In this document: one piece after another, positions 63,178-64,000 of the stretch
Numbering within the stretch: position 1 is the stretch's first letter
Layout of the letters: the number at the start of each line of letters is the position of its first letter
NCBI GenBank assembly: GCA_963664405.1
Contig: OY761158.1
Location: 3,744,001-3,808,000 of the forward strand
Direction of reading: 5' to 3'
Source: Thermoanaerobaculia bacterium
GTDB taxonomy: Bacteria > Acidobacteriota > Thermoanaerobaculia > Multivoradales > Multivoraceae
DNA: 64,000 nt
Notes under the pieces: generated by a model
Databases searched by the model: none
What the model saw: the letters and a program-made list of their open reading frames with translations, nothing else
Told to the model about the DNA's origin: nothing
Position numbers and translations under genes: made by a program

Positions 63178-63221
63178 GTCGATCGTACTCGACGGTCCAG
63201 CTCTTGTCGAGTACGATCGAC
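63178..63221 (-). promoter_or_regulatory. Perfect 16-bp inverted repeat over the ATPase promoter
   Basis: GTCGATCGTACTCGAC-12nt-GTCGAGTACGATCGAC; minus strand TCGACA-17-TACGAT-7-ATG. Confidence 0.75.
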
Positions 63222-63473
63222 AGCCTCTCGGGCGGCGAACACACTCGCCGGCTCGACAACCGACGCTTACGGGCACACACGGCGGCCGCAGGGCCGGGCG
63301 AGCTGTAACCAACAACCTCGCTGCAGTTGGCAGAGCGCAATGCCTCGGATCGCAAGCGTTTCAGTCCCCTCGCCCGGCCGCCGTACAATCGGCCTTGCCG
63401 CGACAACGGAGCCGCCGCCGCGCGAGAGGGCAGAATCGATGAATCGCGAGTCGCTTCTCGTAGGGAACACGCC

Positions 63474-63869
63474 ATGATGGCAAGAATCGGGAAACCCAAC
63501 CTCAAGATGCAGGCCTGGATCGATGCGCGGAAGCGTCATCGACTTTCCCATGCTCAGGTCCAGATGGCGCGCGAGCTGGGCATGAACCCGCGCAAGCTCG
63601 GCAAACTGGACAACCACGACCAGGAGCCGTGGAAGATGCCGCTTCCCAACTACCTCGAACACCTCTACCAGAAACGCTTCGGCAGGGAGCGCCCGGAGGT
63701 CATACTTTCGATCGAGGAGAAGATCCGCCGCGACGAAGCGAAGAAGGCCCGGAGGAGGGAAGGCAAGGTAAAGAGGCGACGAGCGAACGAGGATGGTCGG
63801 AAACCCGATGACCGACGAGTCTCCGGTCTCATCCGACCGGGCTCACCCGAGGAGCCGCGTCGTGAGTGA
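63474..63869 (+). CDS. Conserved-looking basic hypothetical protein
   Basis: WIDARKRHRLSHAQVQMARELGMNP.KL...N..QEPWK.PL...EHLY.KRF. Confidence 0.75.
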   Translation: MMARIGKPNLKMQAWIDARKRHRLSHAQVQMARELGMNPRKLGKLDNHDQEPWKMPLPNYLEHLYQKRFGRERPEVILSIEEKIRRDEAKKARRREGKVKRRRANEDGRKPDDRRVSGLIRPGSPEEPRRE

Positions 63870-64000
63870 AGCGAGCCTGGAAGCGATCGCCGACATCCTC
63901 GCCCGGATCGGCGCCCGCGACGTCTTCAGCGCCCGGCGGACGGCGGACGTGGACGATGTCCATCTGGAGGTGAAGGGCGTCGGAGAGCTCGGCTTCCCGG
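63862..64000 (+). CDS. 3'-partial ORF, possibly a 2OG-Fe(II) oxygenase N-terminus
   Basis: GTG start overlapping the upstream gene end; FSARRTA..DD.HLEV.GVG.L.FP; open to the window end. Confidence 0.55.
   Translation, partial: MSEASLEAIADILARIGARDVFSARRTADVDDVHLEVKGVGELGFP

Larger units (their letters stand above)
50851..64000. mobile_element. Degraded integrative element/genomic island at tRNA-Ser (right end not seen)
   Basis: Integrase directly downstream of the tRNA, plus xis, mobC, TA, IS elements and many gene fragments. No duplicate of the tRNA 3' end was noticed in the window. Confidence 0.75.

Noticed and set aside
50990-64000. Prophage
   Set aside because: No structural, terminase or lysis genes; the content fits a mobilisable island.

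Overview
GC-rich bacterial window, probably Acidobacteriota; this is inferred from gene content (FG-GAP/ASPIC plus TPR arrays, an acidobacterial-type Hfq). The core backbone carries a TPR/CRTAC1-like cluster, six tRNA genes, pckA, thiI, acs, an Rrf2-sufBCDSU operon, ricT-hfq, a glycosylation cluster and serS. Three accessory regions interrupt it. (1) At about 10.8-16.9 kb, a mosaic Fe-S/redox module: SagB-like oxidase, two ferredoxins, a SufR-type regulator, PCD, an intact nuoB between nuoA/nuoC stubs, and an Mrp-DUF971 fusion. (2) At 18.77-24.16 kb, a stack of three elements: a palindromic MITE, an IS1380 at its end with a 14-bp flanking duplication, and a four-gene IS21 nested inside the IS1380. 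(3) From 50.85 kb to the window end, a decaying island downstream of tRNA-Ser: an integrase with an apparently duplicated arm-binding domain, xis, mobC/relaxase relics, AbiE TA, blaI, integron-cassette relics, a head-to-tail dimer of a 478-bp TG..CA element with IS256 inside, a truncated MocR facing a divergent PurC paralogue, and an AAA/DUF4143 ATPase with a perfect 16-bp operator-like repeat. No CRISPR array or rRNA was seen. All family calls come from motif recognition by eye, not from database searches.
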